64,000 nt of DNA from an uncultured Alphaproteobacteria bacterium (GCA_963769465.1 CAVYMA010000019.1:50644-114643), one strand, 5' to 3'. Numbered from the stretch's first letter, positions 1 through 13,795 are shown. Made by a program: numbers and translations. The notes: generated by a model not told the origin, from the sequence alone.

Positions 1-232
1 AACGATCGCGCGCGCCTACCGCCGCGCGCTCGGGCGTCTGCTCGCCTAGACCCGCGCGCGCTGGGACTGCTGCCGTCTCGCCAACGGCGGAGCCCGGCGG
101 TTGCTGGGCAGCGGGGCGTTCGTCGGCGTCGGCCGCCATCGCCGCGCTGGCCCGCAGCGCCGCCTCCAACCGGTCCATGCGCGCCTGCAGCCGCGCCAGC
201 ACCTTCGCGCGACCTTCGTCGTTCGTGGCCAT
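1..232 (-). CDS. Putative small protein, not in the ORF track, with no stop before the window edge
   Basis: ATG at 232 preceded by AGGAAG (243-248 on -); translates MATNDEGRAKVLARLQARMDRLEAALRASAAMAADADERP..., with GC-rich third positions; CRP-like box upstream. Confidence 0.4.
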   Translation of the reverse strand, partial: MATNDEGRAKVLARLQARMDRLEAALRASAAMAADADERPAAQQPPGSAVGETAAVPARAGLGEQTPERAAVGARDR

Positions 233-296
233 AGCCAAATCGCTTCCTGCCCAACCTGCCTGGAGCGCAGCGTAGCGCAGGACGAGCGGCGAAGAA

Positions 297-312
297 TGTG
301 AGAAAACTCACA
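297..312. promoter_or_regulatory. CRP/FNR-family binding palindrome TGTGA-N6-TCACA
   Basis: TGTGAGAAAACTCACA, an exact CRP core in an AT-rich patch. Confidence 0.6.
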
Positions 313-360
313 AATTCGCCGATTGCATACGCCCCGGGCGGAAGCGGCTGGCCGGCGCGG

Positions 361-1437
<1,077 letters not shown>

Positions 1438-1595
1438 CTGCCTCTCCGGTGCAGCGCCGCCGCGCGCCTGTGCGCGCCCGATCCGCCGCGATTGCCTCCC
1501 AATCGTTCCCGCGATGATGCCGTCACCGGCCGATCAGTTCAATGCACGACGGGAAGGTCAGCCGGCTGGGCAGGGCGCGGCGCCTGGCGCCCGCG

Positions 1596-2746
1596 CTATT
1601 CGCGCAGGTCGTCCCAGAGCTCCTTCACCTGGGCGAAGAAGCCTTCCGATTCCGGCTGGTGCTGCTTGGCGTCGGCACCGCCGGCCTTCTCGAACTCGCG
1701 CAGGAGCTCCTGCTGGCGCTTGGTCAGGTTGACCGGCGTCTCGACCATGATCTCGACGAACATGTCGCCGCGGGCCTGGCCGTGCAGCTCGGTCATGCCC
1801 TTGCTCTTGAGCCGGATCTGCTTGCCGGCCTGGGTGCCGGTCGGCACCGCGATGCGCAGGCGCTTGCCCTCGATGGTCGGCACCTCGACCTGGCCGCCCA
1901 GCGCCGCGGTCGTCATCGGGATCGGCACGCGGCAGAAGATGTTGGGACCCTCGCGGCGGAACATCCGGTGCGGCGCCACGGTGACGAAGATGTAGAGGTC
2001 GCCCGGCTGGCCGCCACGGATCGCGGCCTCGCCCTCGCCGGACAGCCGGATGCGGGTCCCGTCCTCGACGCCGGCGGGGACGTTGACCGCCAGGGTCTTC
2101 TCGCGCTGCTGCACGCCATTGCCGCCGCAGGCGCGGCACGGGTTCTTGATCACCCGTCCGGTGCCCTGGCAGGTCAGGCAGGTGCGCTCGACGGTGAAGA
2201 AGCCCTGCTGGGTGCGCATCCGGCCGCGCCACGGCAGCCGGGGCACACCGCGGGCTCGCTGCCGGACTCGCTGCCCGAGCCGCCGCAGCCCTCGCAGGCC
2301 ACGGTGGTCGGCACGCGGATCTGGGCGCGCTTGCCGGCGAACGCCTCTTCCAGCGTGATGGTCAGGTTGTAGCGGAGATCGGCACCCCGGGCCGCGCCGG
2401 CGCGCCCGCGGCGCTGGCCCTGGCCGCCCATGAAGTCGCCGAACAGGTCGTCGAACACGTCGGCGAAGCTGGTGAAGTCGAAGCCGGCCCCGGGGCCGCC
2501 GCGGCCGCCGCCCATGCCCTGCTCGAACGCCTGATGGCCGAACTGGTCGTAGGCCGCCTTCTTCTGCGGGTCCCGCAGGACCTCGTAGGCCTCGTTGATC
2601 TCCTTGAACTGGGCCTCGGCCGTCTTCTCGCCAGGATTGCGGTCAGGGTGGTGCTGCTTGGCGAGCTTGCGAAAGGCGTTCTTGATGTCGGCTTCGGAGG
2701 CCGACCGGCCGAGACCGAGCACGTCGTAGTAGTCACGCTTCGCCAT
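1596..2746 (-). CDS. dnaJ: Chaperone DnaJ (frameshift near 2225)
   Basis: J domain with HPD, G/F-rich region, CxxCxGxG zinc repeats split over ORFs 2174..2746 and 1596..2246. Confidence 0.95.
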
Positions 2747-2794
2747 GGCGGGAACCGTTACCCCAGGAGCTCATCACATCGTTCGTTGTGGCAA

Positions 2795-2828
2795 CGGGCC
2801 GACCGGGGCCACCGCCCCGATCGACCCG
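2795..2828 (-). promoter_or_regulatory. Intergenic stem-loop between dnaK and dnaJ
   Basis: Minus strand CGGGTCGATCGGGGC-GGTG-GCCCCGGTCGGCCCG, a 15-bp stem with two G-U pairs. Confidence 0.5.
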
Positions 2829-2846
2829 TCGTCTCGGCGGCCGGGA

Positions 2847-4967
<2,121 letters not shown>

Positions 4968-6323
4968 TCAGGTGGCCCGGGCGGCCAGCCGCACGATCTC
5001 CTGGCTGACGGTATCCAGGACGTCGGTCAGCAGTCCCTCGTCCTCGGCCTCGACCATCACCCGGATCACGGGCTCCGTCCCGGACGCGCGCACGAGCAGG
5101 CGGCCGCGGCCGTCGAGGCGCGCCTGCTCGCGCGCCAGCAGGCCGGCGGTCGCGGGTGCCGCCAGATCGAGCCGGCGATCGACCCTGACGTTGCGCAGCC
5201 GCTGCGGGACCGGCGCGAACACGCGCGTGACCTCGCTCGCCGGACGGTCGCGCTGGCGCAGCACCGCCAGCACCTGCAGGGCCGCCAGCAGGCCGTCGCC
5301 CGTGGTGGCGAAGTCGGACAGGACGATGTGCCCGGACTGCTCGCCGCCGACGTTGCAGCCGTCGGCGCGCATGCGCTCGACCACGTAGCGGTCGCCGACC
5401 TTGGTGCGGTGGAGCGCCAGGCCCAGCCCGCCCAGGTAGCGCTCCAGGCCCAGGTTCGACATGACCGTGGCCACGATGCCAGCGCCGCGCACGCGCCCGT
5501 CGGCGTGCCAGCTCGCGGCGATCAGGGCCAGGAGCTGGTCGCCATCGATCAGGTTGCCGCGGTCGTCGACCACCACGAGGCGGTCCGCGTCGCCGTCCAG
5601 CGCGATCCCGAGCTGCGCGCCCTCGCGCAGCACCGTCTCGCGCAGCAGCTCGGGTTCGTTGGAGCCGCAGCCGGCATTGATGTTCAGGCCGTCGGGATCG
5701 GTGCCCAGCCGGACCACCTCGGCGCCGAGCTCGTAGAACAGGTCGCCGGCGAGGTGGTAGGCGGCACCGTGGGCGCTGTCGACCACGAGCTTGAGGCCGG
5801 TCAGGGTGAGGCCGCGCGGGAAGCTGCTCTTGAGGCTCTCGATGTAGCGTCCGCGCGCGTCCTCGAGCCGGCGGGCGCGGCCGAGGTCGGCCGGTGCCGC
5901 CAGACCGTCCGTCGAGCCGGCGCGGATCATGGCCTCGATCTCGTCCTCGATCTCGTCCGAGAGCTTGAAGCCGTCGGGGCCGAACAGCTTGATGCCGTTG
6001 TCGTGGAACGGGTTGTGCGAGGCCGACACCATCACGCCCAGGTCGGCGCGCAAGGACCGCGTCAGGAAGGCCACGGCCGGCGTCGGCATCGGCCCGACCA
6101 GCATCACGTTCATCCCGGCCGAGATGAACCCCGCGGTCAGGGCGGGCTCGATCATGTAGCCCGACAGGCGCGTGTCCTTGCCGATGACCACGCGGTGCCG
6201 GTGGCCGCCGCGCGTGAAGCGGCGGCCGGCGGCCTTGCCCAGGGCCAGCGCCACCTCGGCGGTCATCGGGTGCCGGTTGGCCAGCCCCCGGATGCCGTCG
6301 GTGCCGAACAAGCGTCGATCCAT
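4968..6323 (-). CDS. glmM: Phosphoglucosamine mutase
   Basis: [28 protein letters not shown] motifs. Confidence 0.97.
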   Translation of the reverse strand: MDRRLFGTDGIRGLANRHPMTAEVALALGKAAGRRFTRGGHRHRVVIGKDTRLSGYMIEPALTAGFISAGMNVMLVGPMPTPAVAFLTRSLRADLGVMVSASHNPFHDNGIKLFGPDGFKLSDEIEDEIEAMIRAGSTDGLAAPADLGRARRLEDARGRYIESLKSSFPRGLTLTGLKLVVDSAHGAAYHLAGDLFYELGAEVVRLGTDPDGLNINAGCGSNEPELLRETVLREGAQLGIALDGDADRLVVVDDRGNLIDGDQLLALIAASWHADGRVRGAGIVATVMSNLGLERYLGGLGLALHRTKVGDRYVVERMRADGCNVGGEQSGHIVLSDFATTGDGLLAALQVLAVLRQRDRPASEVTRVFAPVPQRLRNVRVDRRLDLAAPATAGLLAREQARLDGRGRLLVRASGTEPVIRVMVEAEDEGLLTDVLDTVSQEIVRLAARAT

Positions 6324-6695
6324 GCGGCCATCTCCCGTCGGCGGCAGCCCTGCCGACCGGTCCTAGTCCAAAGTTCCGCGCCGGCTTCGTCCAGGGACGG
6401 TCCAGGCGCATCCGGATGTGCCGCCACTACCGCGCCACTTGGCAAGCGGCCTTGACGGTCGCAGCGTGCGGCCGTGCATGAGAACGACCATAGCGCGCCA
6501 AGGCCCGACGGTCAGGTGGAGCGATCCGGCGGCCGGCCTGCGCCCGCGCACCCCACGAGCTACGCGCCCGCGGTACCGCGGCTGAGCCGTCGCCTGCCTG
6601 CCGTGCCCGCCGACCGGCGCGAAGGCACGCGACCGCCCGGCGAGCCGTGGCGCGGCCGGCTGGTCGATCTCGAGCGGTGACGCCGCCGTCAGGGT

Positions 6696-7727
6696 TCAGG
6701 CCCCTTCGAACCCCTGCAGGACGTTGACCGCGTTGACGCCGACCTGCTCGACGGCATACCCGCCTTCCATCACGAACAGGGTCGGCAGCCGCAGTGCCGC
6801 GATGCGGGCGCCGTAGGCGGTGAAGTCGTCGCTCTCGAGGCGGAACTTGGAGATCGGATCCTCCTTGAACGTGTCCACGCCCAAGGACACCAGGAGCACG
6901 TCGGGCGCATAGTCGGCCACGCGCCGGCAGGCATCCTCCAGCGCCTCGGCCCAGGCGGGAAAGCCCGTACCCCAAGGCAGGGGGTAGTTCACGTTGTAGC
7001 CCTCGCCGGCCCCCGCGCCATGCTCGTCGGCCCAGCCCAGGAAGAACGGGTACTCCTCGGCCGGATCGCCGTGCAGGGACAGGAACAGCACGTCCGGGCG
7101 GTCGTAGAAGATCGCCTGCGTGCCGTTGCCGTGATGGTAGTCGACATCGAGGATCGCCACGCGCTCGGCCCCGCCGTCGATCAGGTACTGGGCCGCGATC
7201 GCCGCGTTGTTGAGAAAGCAGTAGCCGCCATAGAGATCGGCCGCGGCATGGTGGCCCGGCGGGCGGCACAGGGCGAACACGGCCCCGTGCGCGCCGTCGG
7301 CCAGGAGCTTGGCCGCCGTCAGCGCGACGTCCGCACTCGCCTGGGCGGCGCGCCAGGTACCCTTGGTGATCGGCGTGCCGGCGTCGAAGCTGAAATAGCC
7401 CATCTGCGCATCGATGCGATCGGGCCGCACCTGCCGGAACGAGCGCGTCGGCCACATCCAGGGCAAGGCGTCGAAGTCCCGCCCGGTGGCGGTCCAGCGC
7501 TCCCAGGCGGTCGCCAGGAACTCCACGAACTCGGGGCTGTGGACCCGCGCCAGGGGCGCGCGGCCGAAACGCTCCGGGGCCTCGACCGGGCCAAGCCCGA
7601 CCTCGAGGACCCGCTCGCGGATCAGGAATGCCCGCTTGGGCATCTCGAAGCAGGGCACGAGCTTGCCGTCGACCAGCTCGGCCCGGCCGTCCTGCAGCGC
7701 GTGATCCTCGGAGTAGACGGTGAGCAT
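6696..7727 (-). CDS. Histone deacetylase family acetylpolyamine amidohydrolase
   Basis: FEMPKR, FSFDAGTP, CRPPGHHA, GGYCFLNN, LDVDYHHGNGTQ, MEGGY; likely start MLTVYSEDH at 7727. Confidence 0.9.
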   Translation of the reverse strand: MLTVYSEDHALQDGRAELVDGKLVPCFEMPKRAFLIRERVLEVGLGPVEAPERFGRAPLARVHSPEFVEFLATAWERWTATGRDFDALPWMWPTRSFRQVRPDRIDAQMGYFSFDAGTPITKGTWRAAQASADVALTAAKLLADGAHGAVFALCRPPGHHAAADLYGGYCFLNNAAIAAQYLIDGGAERVAILDVDYHHGNGTQAIFYDRPDVLFLSLHGDPAEEYPFFLGWADEHGAGAGEGYNVNYPLPWGTGFPAWAEALEDACRRVADYAPDVLLVSLGVDTFKEDPISKFRLESDDFTAYGARIAALRLPTLFVMEGGYAVEQVGVNAVNVLQGFEGA

Positions 7728-7764
7728 GGGCCGGTTCCCGTCGCGGGCGGCGATCCCGCCGCGC

Positions 7765-9439
7765 TCAGAACAGCAGATCGCCGGGATCGGGGATCCCATG
7801 CGGGGTGAGGCCGTAGGGGCTGGAATCCGCGCCTCCGCCCGCGATGTCGCTGGCGACCACGACCCGGCCGCTGGACGTGACCTTGTGGAGCTCGGAGCCG
7901 GCGGCGGGCGAACTGGCGGTGAAGTAGAGCTCGCCGCGGAACACCGTGAGGTCGACCGGGTCCGAGCTCGCCGCACCCGGCATCAGATCGGCGACCCGCG
8001 TCACGCCGCCGCCGGCATTCACCTTGTAGAGCTCGCGACCGGTCGCGGCCGATTCGGCGGAAAAGTAGAGCTCGCTGCCGACGACGGTGAAGTCGGCGGG
8101 ATCGGCGTTCGCCGCACCTGTCGCGATGTCGCTGACCTGCACGACCGCGCCGTCCGCGCGCACCTTCCACACCTCCGTCCCGGAGCCCGCGGTGTCCGCC
8201 GCGAAGAACACCTCGCCCGACAATTCCGTGAAGCCGTAGGGGTTCGAGCCGCGCGTGCCCGGGTCGAGGTCGACGACCAGCCTGCGCGACACCGTTCGCG
8301 CCGATCTTCCAGATCTCGCGGCCGATGTCGGCGCGCTCGGCGGAGAAATAGAGCTCGCCGGCGCAGATCGCGAAGTCGTTCGGTGACGAATCGCCGGCCG
8401 CGATGTCGGCGGCGAGGTAGACGTTGCCACCGGGCCCGACGGCCCAGAGCTCGTCGCCGGAACCGAGCCGTCGTTGGCGGCGAAGTACAAGATGCCGTTG
8501 TACTGGATGAGCGCCATGTGGGTCCGAGGAGGCGGCGCCCGGGGCGATGTCGGCGACCTGCACCACGGCGCCGTTGCCGCGTACCTTCCACAGCTCGACG
8601 CCTGACGAGCCGTTGTCGGCGCTGAAGTAGAGCTCGCCATTGTAGTGCGTGAACTCGCTCGGCAACGAGGAGCCGGCCCCGGGCGCGATGTCCGCCGCCT
8701 GGACGACGACACCGTCGCCGCGCACCTTCCAGAGCTCGTAGCCGCTGACGTCGTCGAAGGCGCCGAAGTACAGCTCGCCGCCGATACTCGGTCAGACCGT
8801 AGGCACTCGAGCCAGCCGCCGCCGGGATTGATGTCGGCGACGAGGCTGACGCGCCGTCGCCGCCGATCCGCCACAGCTCGCGGCCGTACGTCGCGGTGTC
8901 GGCCGTGAAGTAGAACTGGCCGCCGAGCGGACGCGAAATTGTCGGGCAGCGAGCCGTCGACGCCTGCGCCGAGATAGGCCACGGGAGTGAAGCTGTCCGT
9001 CGGGGCCGATCCGCCAGAGCTCGTAGCCTTCGCCCGGCGTGTCGGCGGCGAAGTACGCCTCGACCGATCCGGCGCTGCGACCCTCGCGCGCGCCGCTGGT
9101 CACGTAGTGGCGCGTGGCCGCCTCGAGATCGGTGCCGAACGCGGCGCGCAGGTCGCTGTAGTTGGCCAGGTACCGCTCGGCATCGAACAGATCCCAGGCG
9201 CGCCCCTCGTTGACGCCGGCCGTGATGTAGTGGATCGCGGCCGCGTCGAGGTTGAGACCGAAGGCGAACGCCAGGTCGCGGTAGGAGGCGAGATACTGCA
9301 GGCTGTCGAAACCCTGGCGGCGTCCCTCCGCGAGCCCATTGCCGAAGTAGTGCGCCTCCCCTGCGGCCCGGTTCGGCCCGAAGGCGCGAATCAGGTCACC
9401 GTAGGTCGCGATGTACTCGTAGCCGTTGAGCGTCGCCAT
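7765..9439 (-). CDS. ELWxxDGT-like beta-propeller repeat protein with N-terminal YLAxYxDL repeats (frameshifted)
   Basis: Three F-D-x-x-x-Y-L-A-x-Y-x-D-L...HY...EGR repeats, then about 9 LYFxA...GxELWK repeats spread over ORFs 8792..9442, 7622..8725 and 7765..8982. Confidence 0.75.
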
Positions 9440-9567
9440 CAAGATCTCCGCAGGGACGGACCCCTACATAGGCCCACGGCCAACCCGGCCCGCTGCGACG
9501 GGCTGCCACAATCCCGTTTTTTTGCAGCCGGTTGTGTGTGGTGGGCGAAATCCCCTGACGTGCCGTG

Positions 9568-10497
9568 TCAGCGGGTCATCCGCAGGGCCAGCAGCACGAC
9601 GTCGGCCAGATCGGTGATCCTGGCGACATAGAGATCCGGCAGCCCGAGCCGGGCCTCGCCATCCCCGAGGGCGGCGCGCTCCAGCGTGTCGATCAGGTGG
9701 CGAAGCCGCCGCCGATGGACGCCCAGCGCCTGCAGCAGCGGGTCGGTGACCAGCCCCATGAAGGTGGCCAGGATGGCGAAGCAGCCCATGACGGTCATCG
9801 TCGTGGCGATGGTCCGCACCCAGCCGGCGTGCGCCGGGAACCAGCCATGCCAGATCGCCCCCAGGCCCGGCCCGAGCCAGAAGCCCTCGATGGCCTCGCG
9901 CTGGGCGAACTCGCGCGCGAGCAGCGGTCCCAGCGTGATGGCGCTCGGTGTCAGCGCCTGGACCAGGATCAGGCCGGCGGCGATGGCGACGAAGCCGGCG
10001 GCGAACTCGGCCACGGCGTTGCGCGCGGTAAGATACTCCGCGATCAGGTCGCGGATGCGGTCCTGCAGCGCGCCGGGCCACGCCCCGCCGGGCGCGTCGG
10101 CCTGCAGAAGCTCGCGCAGCACGAGATCGGCCAGCCGCCGCGCCATGTCGGTCTCGACGAAGAGATTGCGGGTCGCCAGCCAGCGTGCGGCGGGCTGCCA
10201 GCCCAGCCAGCGGCAGAGCTGTGCAGCGAGCTTCAGGAACAGGGTCGGCCCGACCAGCAGCACGTTGAAGGGCGCGCGGAGCAGGTCCAATCCCAGCGCC
10301 GACGCGTGCAGCCGCAGCGACCCGCGCCAGCCGAAGTGCCGTGCCACGAAGGCGGGGACGCGCGCACGGCAGGCCTCGGCATAGGCCCGCACGGCATCGG
10401 ACGAGGCGAGGTCTACCGCAGGGTTCACGCTGTCACCGGTATGCGCTGCAAAGGCGCGTACCACCCTTGCGGGAATGGACGTCGCCGCTCGTGCCAT
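9568..10497 (-). CDS. Conserved hypothetical membrane protein (DUF6635-like); start uncertain
   Basis: RVPAFVARHF...ALGLDLLRAP.N and DPLLQALGVHRRRL.LID motifs; hydrophobic helices. Confidence 0.6.
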   Translation of the reverse strand: MARAATSIPARVVRAFAAHTGDSVNPAVDLASSDAVRAYAEACRARVPAFVARHFGWRGSLRLHASALGLDLLRAPFNVLLVGPTLFLKLAAQLCRWLGWQPAARWLATRNLFVETDMARRLADLVLRELLQADAPGGAWPGALQDRIRDLIAEYLTARNAVAEFAAGFVAIAAGLILVQALTPSAITLGPLLAREFAQREAIEGFWLGPGLGAIWHGWFPAHAGWVRTIATTMTVMGCFAILATFMGLVTDPLLQALGVHRRRLRHLIDTLERAALGDGEARLGLPDLYVARITDLADVVLLALRMTR

Positions 10498-10547
10498 GAG
10501 CCTCTAGATTGCGCCGCCAGCGTGACAGTCCAGGGAGCCCACACGAC

Positions 10548-11783
10548 ATGACGCCAGCGACGCATGCCGTGGTCGGCGGCAGACAGGGCTGGCGCACGCC
10601 GGCGGTGATCGTCGTCTGCGGCTGCCTCATCGCCGTGCTGACCTTCGGCGTGCGGGCCAGCTTCGGCCTGTTCACGGCACCGATCTCGGCCACCCAGGGC
10701 TGGGGCCGTGAGGTCTTCGCCCTGGCGATCGCCCTGCAGAACCTGCTCTGGGGAGCGGGTCAGCCCTTCGCCGGTGCTCTGGCCGACCGGTACGGCAGCG
10801 CGCGCGTGCTCGCCGCCGGCGGCCTCCTCTACGCGCTGGGCGTGGCGCTGATGGCGGTGGCATCGACGCCGCTGCAGATGACCCTCACCGCGGGTGTCCT
10901 GGTCGGTCTCGGCCTTGCCGGCGGGTCGTTCACCATCGTCATGGCGGCGCTGGCGCGACGCGTGCCGCCCGAGCGCCGCTCCTGGGCCATGGGCATGGCC
11001 ACGGCCGCCGGCAGCATGGGCCAGTTTCTCCTCGCACCCCTGGGGCAGGCCTTCATCCTCGCCTATGGCTGGCAGACGGCACTCCTCCTGCTGGCCGGCA
11101 TCGTGGGCGTGGTGCCGCTCCTGGCCACGGCCATGGCCTCGACGCCGGGCGGTGCGGCCGCCGTGCCCGAGATCGACCTGGGCCTCAAGCGCACGCTCGC
11201 CCTGGCGTTCGGCCATCGCAGCTACCGCCTGCTGACCGCCGGGTTCTTCGTCTGCGGCTTTCACGTCGCCTTCATCACCGTCCATCTGCCGGCCTATCTC
11301 ACCGATCATGGCGTGGCGCCCCAGCTCGCGGCATGGTCGATCGCCATCATCGGCCTGGGCAACATCGTGGGTTCCTACGCCGCCGGGGTGATCGGCGGCC
11401 GCTACAGCAAGCGCTGGCTGCTGGCCATGATCTACGCCCTGCGCTCGGTCGTCATCGCCCTGTTCGTGCTGTTGCCGATCTCGCCGCTGACGGTTGTCCT
11501 GTTCGCGGTCACGATCGGACTGCTCTGGCTGTCGACGGTGCCACCGACCTCGGGCCTGGTCGCGGTCATGTTCGGCACACGCTACATGGCCACGCTGTTC
11601 GGGATCGTGTTCTTCAGCCACCAGGTCGGCTCGTTCCTCGGCATCTGGCTGGGCGGGCTGTTCTACGAGGCCTACGGCTCCTACGACGCGGTCTGGTGGA
11701 TGGCCGTGGCCCTCGGCTTGTTCGCAGCGTTGATCCACTTGCCGATCGTCGAGCGCCCAGCACCCCGGTTCGCGACCGCTTGA
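10548..11783 (+). CDS. MFS transporter
   Basis: About 12 TM helices; GALADRYGS motif A; HQVGSFLG. Confidence 0.9.
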   Translation: MTPATHAVVGGRQGWRTPAVIVVCGCLIAVLTFGVRASFGLFTAPISATQGWGREVFALAIALQNLLWGAGQPFAGALADRYGSARVLAAGGLLYALGVALMAVASTPLQMTLTAGVLVGLGLAGGSFTIVMAALARRVPPERRSWAMGMATAAGSMGQFLLAPLGQAFILAYGWQTALLLLAGIVGVVPLLATAMASTPGGAAAVPEIDLGLKRTLALAFGHRSYRLLTAGFFVCGFHVAFITVHLPAYLTDHGVAPQLAAWSIAIIGLGNIVGSYAAGVIGGRYSKRWLLAMIYALRSVVIALFVLLPISPLTVVLFAVTIGLLWLSTVPPTSGLVAVMFGTRYMATLFGIVFFSHQVGSFLGIWLGGLFYEAYGSYDAVWWMAVALGLFAALIHLPIVERPAPRFATA

Positions 11784-11859
11784 TCGTGGCTGAGCGGCTG
11801 TGTAGAGCCGTTTGAGCCTCATTCGTTCAGGCACGGGATAGATCGAGGAACGCGCCACC

Positions 11860-12828
11860 GTGCCGCATCTGCATCTGTTGAGTTCGCTCAGCCGGCGGGT
11901 GGACCGCGTGCCGGCCATGCGCGACCGGCTGTGGCGGCTCGAGGGGGAAACCCTCGCGCGCATCTGGCGCAGCCTGGGTGCTGGCGATCTCGACGCCGCA
12001 TCGGATCGGGGCGAGCGCATGCTGCGGCTGGTCGGGCCACGCCTGCGCAAGCAGCAGCATGTCCTGTTCAACCTGCGTACGGCATTTCCACACTGGTCGT
12101 GGCGTCAGGTCGAGGCCATGGCGCCACGGGTGTGGGGTACCCTCGGGCGCGTGCTGGTCGAGTATGCCTGCCTGGACCGGATCTGCGACCCGGCCGAAGG
12201 ACGGGTGCGGATCGTCGATCTCGGTGGCATCCGGCACGTCCTGCAGCAGGGTATTCCGGGCGTCTTCGTGGCCCCGCATCTGGCCAACTGGAACCTGCTG
12301 CCCGTGGCCGCATCCCGCTGGGAGGTCCCGCTCACGGTGGTCTACCGGCGCCAGTCCAATCCGGCGATCGAGGACCTGATGACCCGGTGGCAGAGTGCCC
12401 TGGGATGCGGCTTCGTCGAGGTGGGCGAGGCCTCGCGCGGGCTGCTGCGCGAGCTGCGCGAGGGGCGCAGCGTCGGGCTGCTCATGGACCAGCGCTACGA
12501 TCGCGGCGAGAAGATCCCGTTCTTCGGCGAGCCGGCCAGCACGACGCTGGTACCCGCGCGCCTTGCCCTGCGTCTCGGGGTGCCGCTGATCCCGGTGCGG
12601 ATCGAGCGCCGCGGCAGCGCCCATTTCCTGATCACCGTCCATCGCCCGATCGAGCCCGCCCCCGCCCGGTCGCTCGACGATGCGGCCCGGGACATGACCG
12701 CCCAGGTCAATGAGCTGTTCGCGCGCTGGATCGCGGCGGCGCCCGACCAATGGCTGTGCGTGAAGCGGCGCTGGCCGCGGCCGCGGCCCAAGCTGCCCGG
12801 CGGCGGGGTCAAGACCTCGACCGCCTAG
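11860..12828 (+). CDS. Lipid A/lysophospholipid acyltransferase (LpxL/HtrB family)
   Basis: HLANW, YRRQSNP, LLMDQ, IPFFG, PDQWL motifs. Confidence 0.85.
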   Translation: MPHLHLLSSLSRRVDRVPAMRDRLWRLEGETLARIWRSLGAGDLDAASDRGERMLRLVGPRLRKQQHVLFNLRTAFPHWSWRQVEAMAPRVWGTLGRVLVEYACLDRICDPAEGRVRIVDLGGIRHVLQQGIPGVFVAPHLANWNLLPVAASRWEVPLTVVYRRQSNPAIEDLMTRWQSALGCGFVEVGEASRGLLRELREGRSVGLLMDQRYDRGEKIPFFGEPASTTLVPARLALRLGVPLIPVRIERRGSAHFLITVHRPIEPAPARSLDDAARDMTAQVNELFARWIAAAPDQWLCVKRRWPRPRPKLPGGGVKTSTA

Positions 12829-12835
12829 CCGAGGT

Positions 12836-13498
12836 TCAAGCGCCGGGCGGCTCGACGGCCGAAGCCGGATCCAGCGCCCGGTCGCGGTAGTCGTGCATCT
12901 GTGGCCGCCACAGATGCCAGAGGTGGTCGAGTTCGGTCACCGGATCGCCCTCGGTCCAATCGATCCGCAGGTCGACCAGCGGCCAGGGCTCGCGCTCCGC
13001 GACCAGGAGGCCCGCCGCGTGCACGACGCCAGCGCCGCCGTCGGCCACTGCGGCCCGCAGGGCGGCGATCAGCCGGTCGGCCAGCTCGCCCCCGGTCCGC
13101 AGGCACGCCTCGACCATGCGCTCCGGCACCTGCGCGTCGACCAGACGGTTGCACAGCGACGCGCAGGCCTCGCCTTCCGCCGCACCGCGCAGGCCGGCGG
13201 TCTGACTGCCGGAATGCACCGCCGTGGCACCCCGGGCGTTGACCAGCGCCACCTGCCGGTACTCGAAGCTCTCTTCCGTCCGGTCAAAGGCCCGCAGCAC
13301 CGCCTCGGGGCGGTAGCCGCCGGCCAGCAGCTTCAGTGCGGCCGGACCCAGCCGCGGATCGGCCATGCTCTGCACCGCGACGACGCCGACCTGGGCCTGC
13401 ACGAAGGCGCAGCGGCCGGTGACCGCGAGGAGAGAGGAGACGACGCCGATGCCGAGCTGTCCCGTCTCCGCGCAGCGGGCGAGGATCGCGCAGGTCAC
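12836..13498 (-). CDS. DUF1028 (Ntn-hydrolase-like) protein
   Basis: GTG start, TCAILARCAETGQLGIGVVSS, EYRQV, WPLVDLRIDW. Confidence 0.8.
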   Translation of the reverse strand: MTCAILARCAETGQLGIGVVSSLLAVTGRCAFVQAQVGVVAVQSMADPRLGPAALKLLAGGYRPEAVLRAFDRTEESFEYRQVALVNARGATAVHSGSQTAGLRGAAEGEACASLCNRLVDAQVPERMVEACLRTGGELADRLIAALRAAVADGGAGVVHAAGLLVAEREPWPLVDLRIDWTEGDPVTELDHLWHLWRPQMHDYRDRALDPASAVEPPGA

Positions 13499-13786
13499 CG
13501 GCGGGCCCGCCTCGGCCTGGAGGCTCGTGCAGAGCCGGAGCGCGTCGTGGATGGCGGCATGGACGTTGCGCGAGGACCCCGCGTCGCCGACCCGGTCGAG
13601 CAGATTGCGGCCGTGCGGACGGGTGACGATCTCCTGCGGCGTGTCCTTGACCAAGCCATCGACATCGATCGCCCCGCCGTTGCGCGAACCGTCCCGGGTC
13701 GACCACCGCCCGACCTTCTCCTCCGCTTACCCGTTCCCGAAGCGGACGACCAGCCGATCGCCCTGGTGGGACAGCGCACGCAACAT
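13499..13786 (-). pseudogene. Remnant 3' end of an NADH:flavin oxidoreductase (TMADH/N-methylproline demethylase-like)
   Basis: RVGDAGSSRNVHAAIHDALRLC resembles the family C-terminus (RIGDAVASRNIHAAIYDALRL); in-frame TAA at 13727-13729. Confidence 0.6.
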
Positions 13787-13795
13787 GGGAGCATT

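Noticed and set aside
6324-6695. Gap between glmM and the deacetylase as a small gene or ncRNA
   Set aside because: Short ORFs are low-complexity and no RNA family motif was recognised
7765-9439. Repeats as a CRISPR array or DNA tandem repeat
   Set aside because: Conserved only at protein level; no identical DNA repeats with spacers and no cas genes
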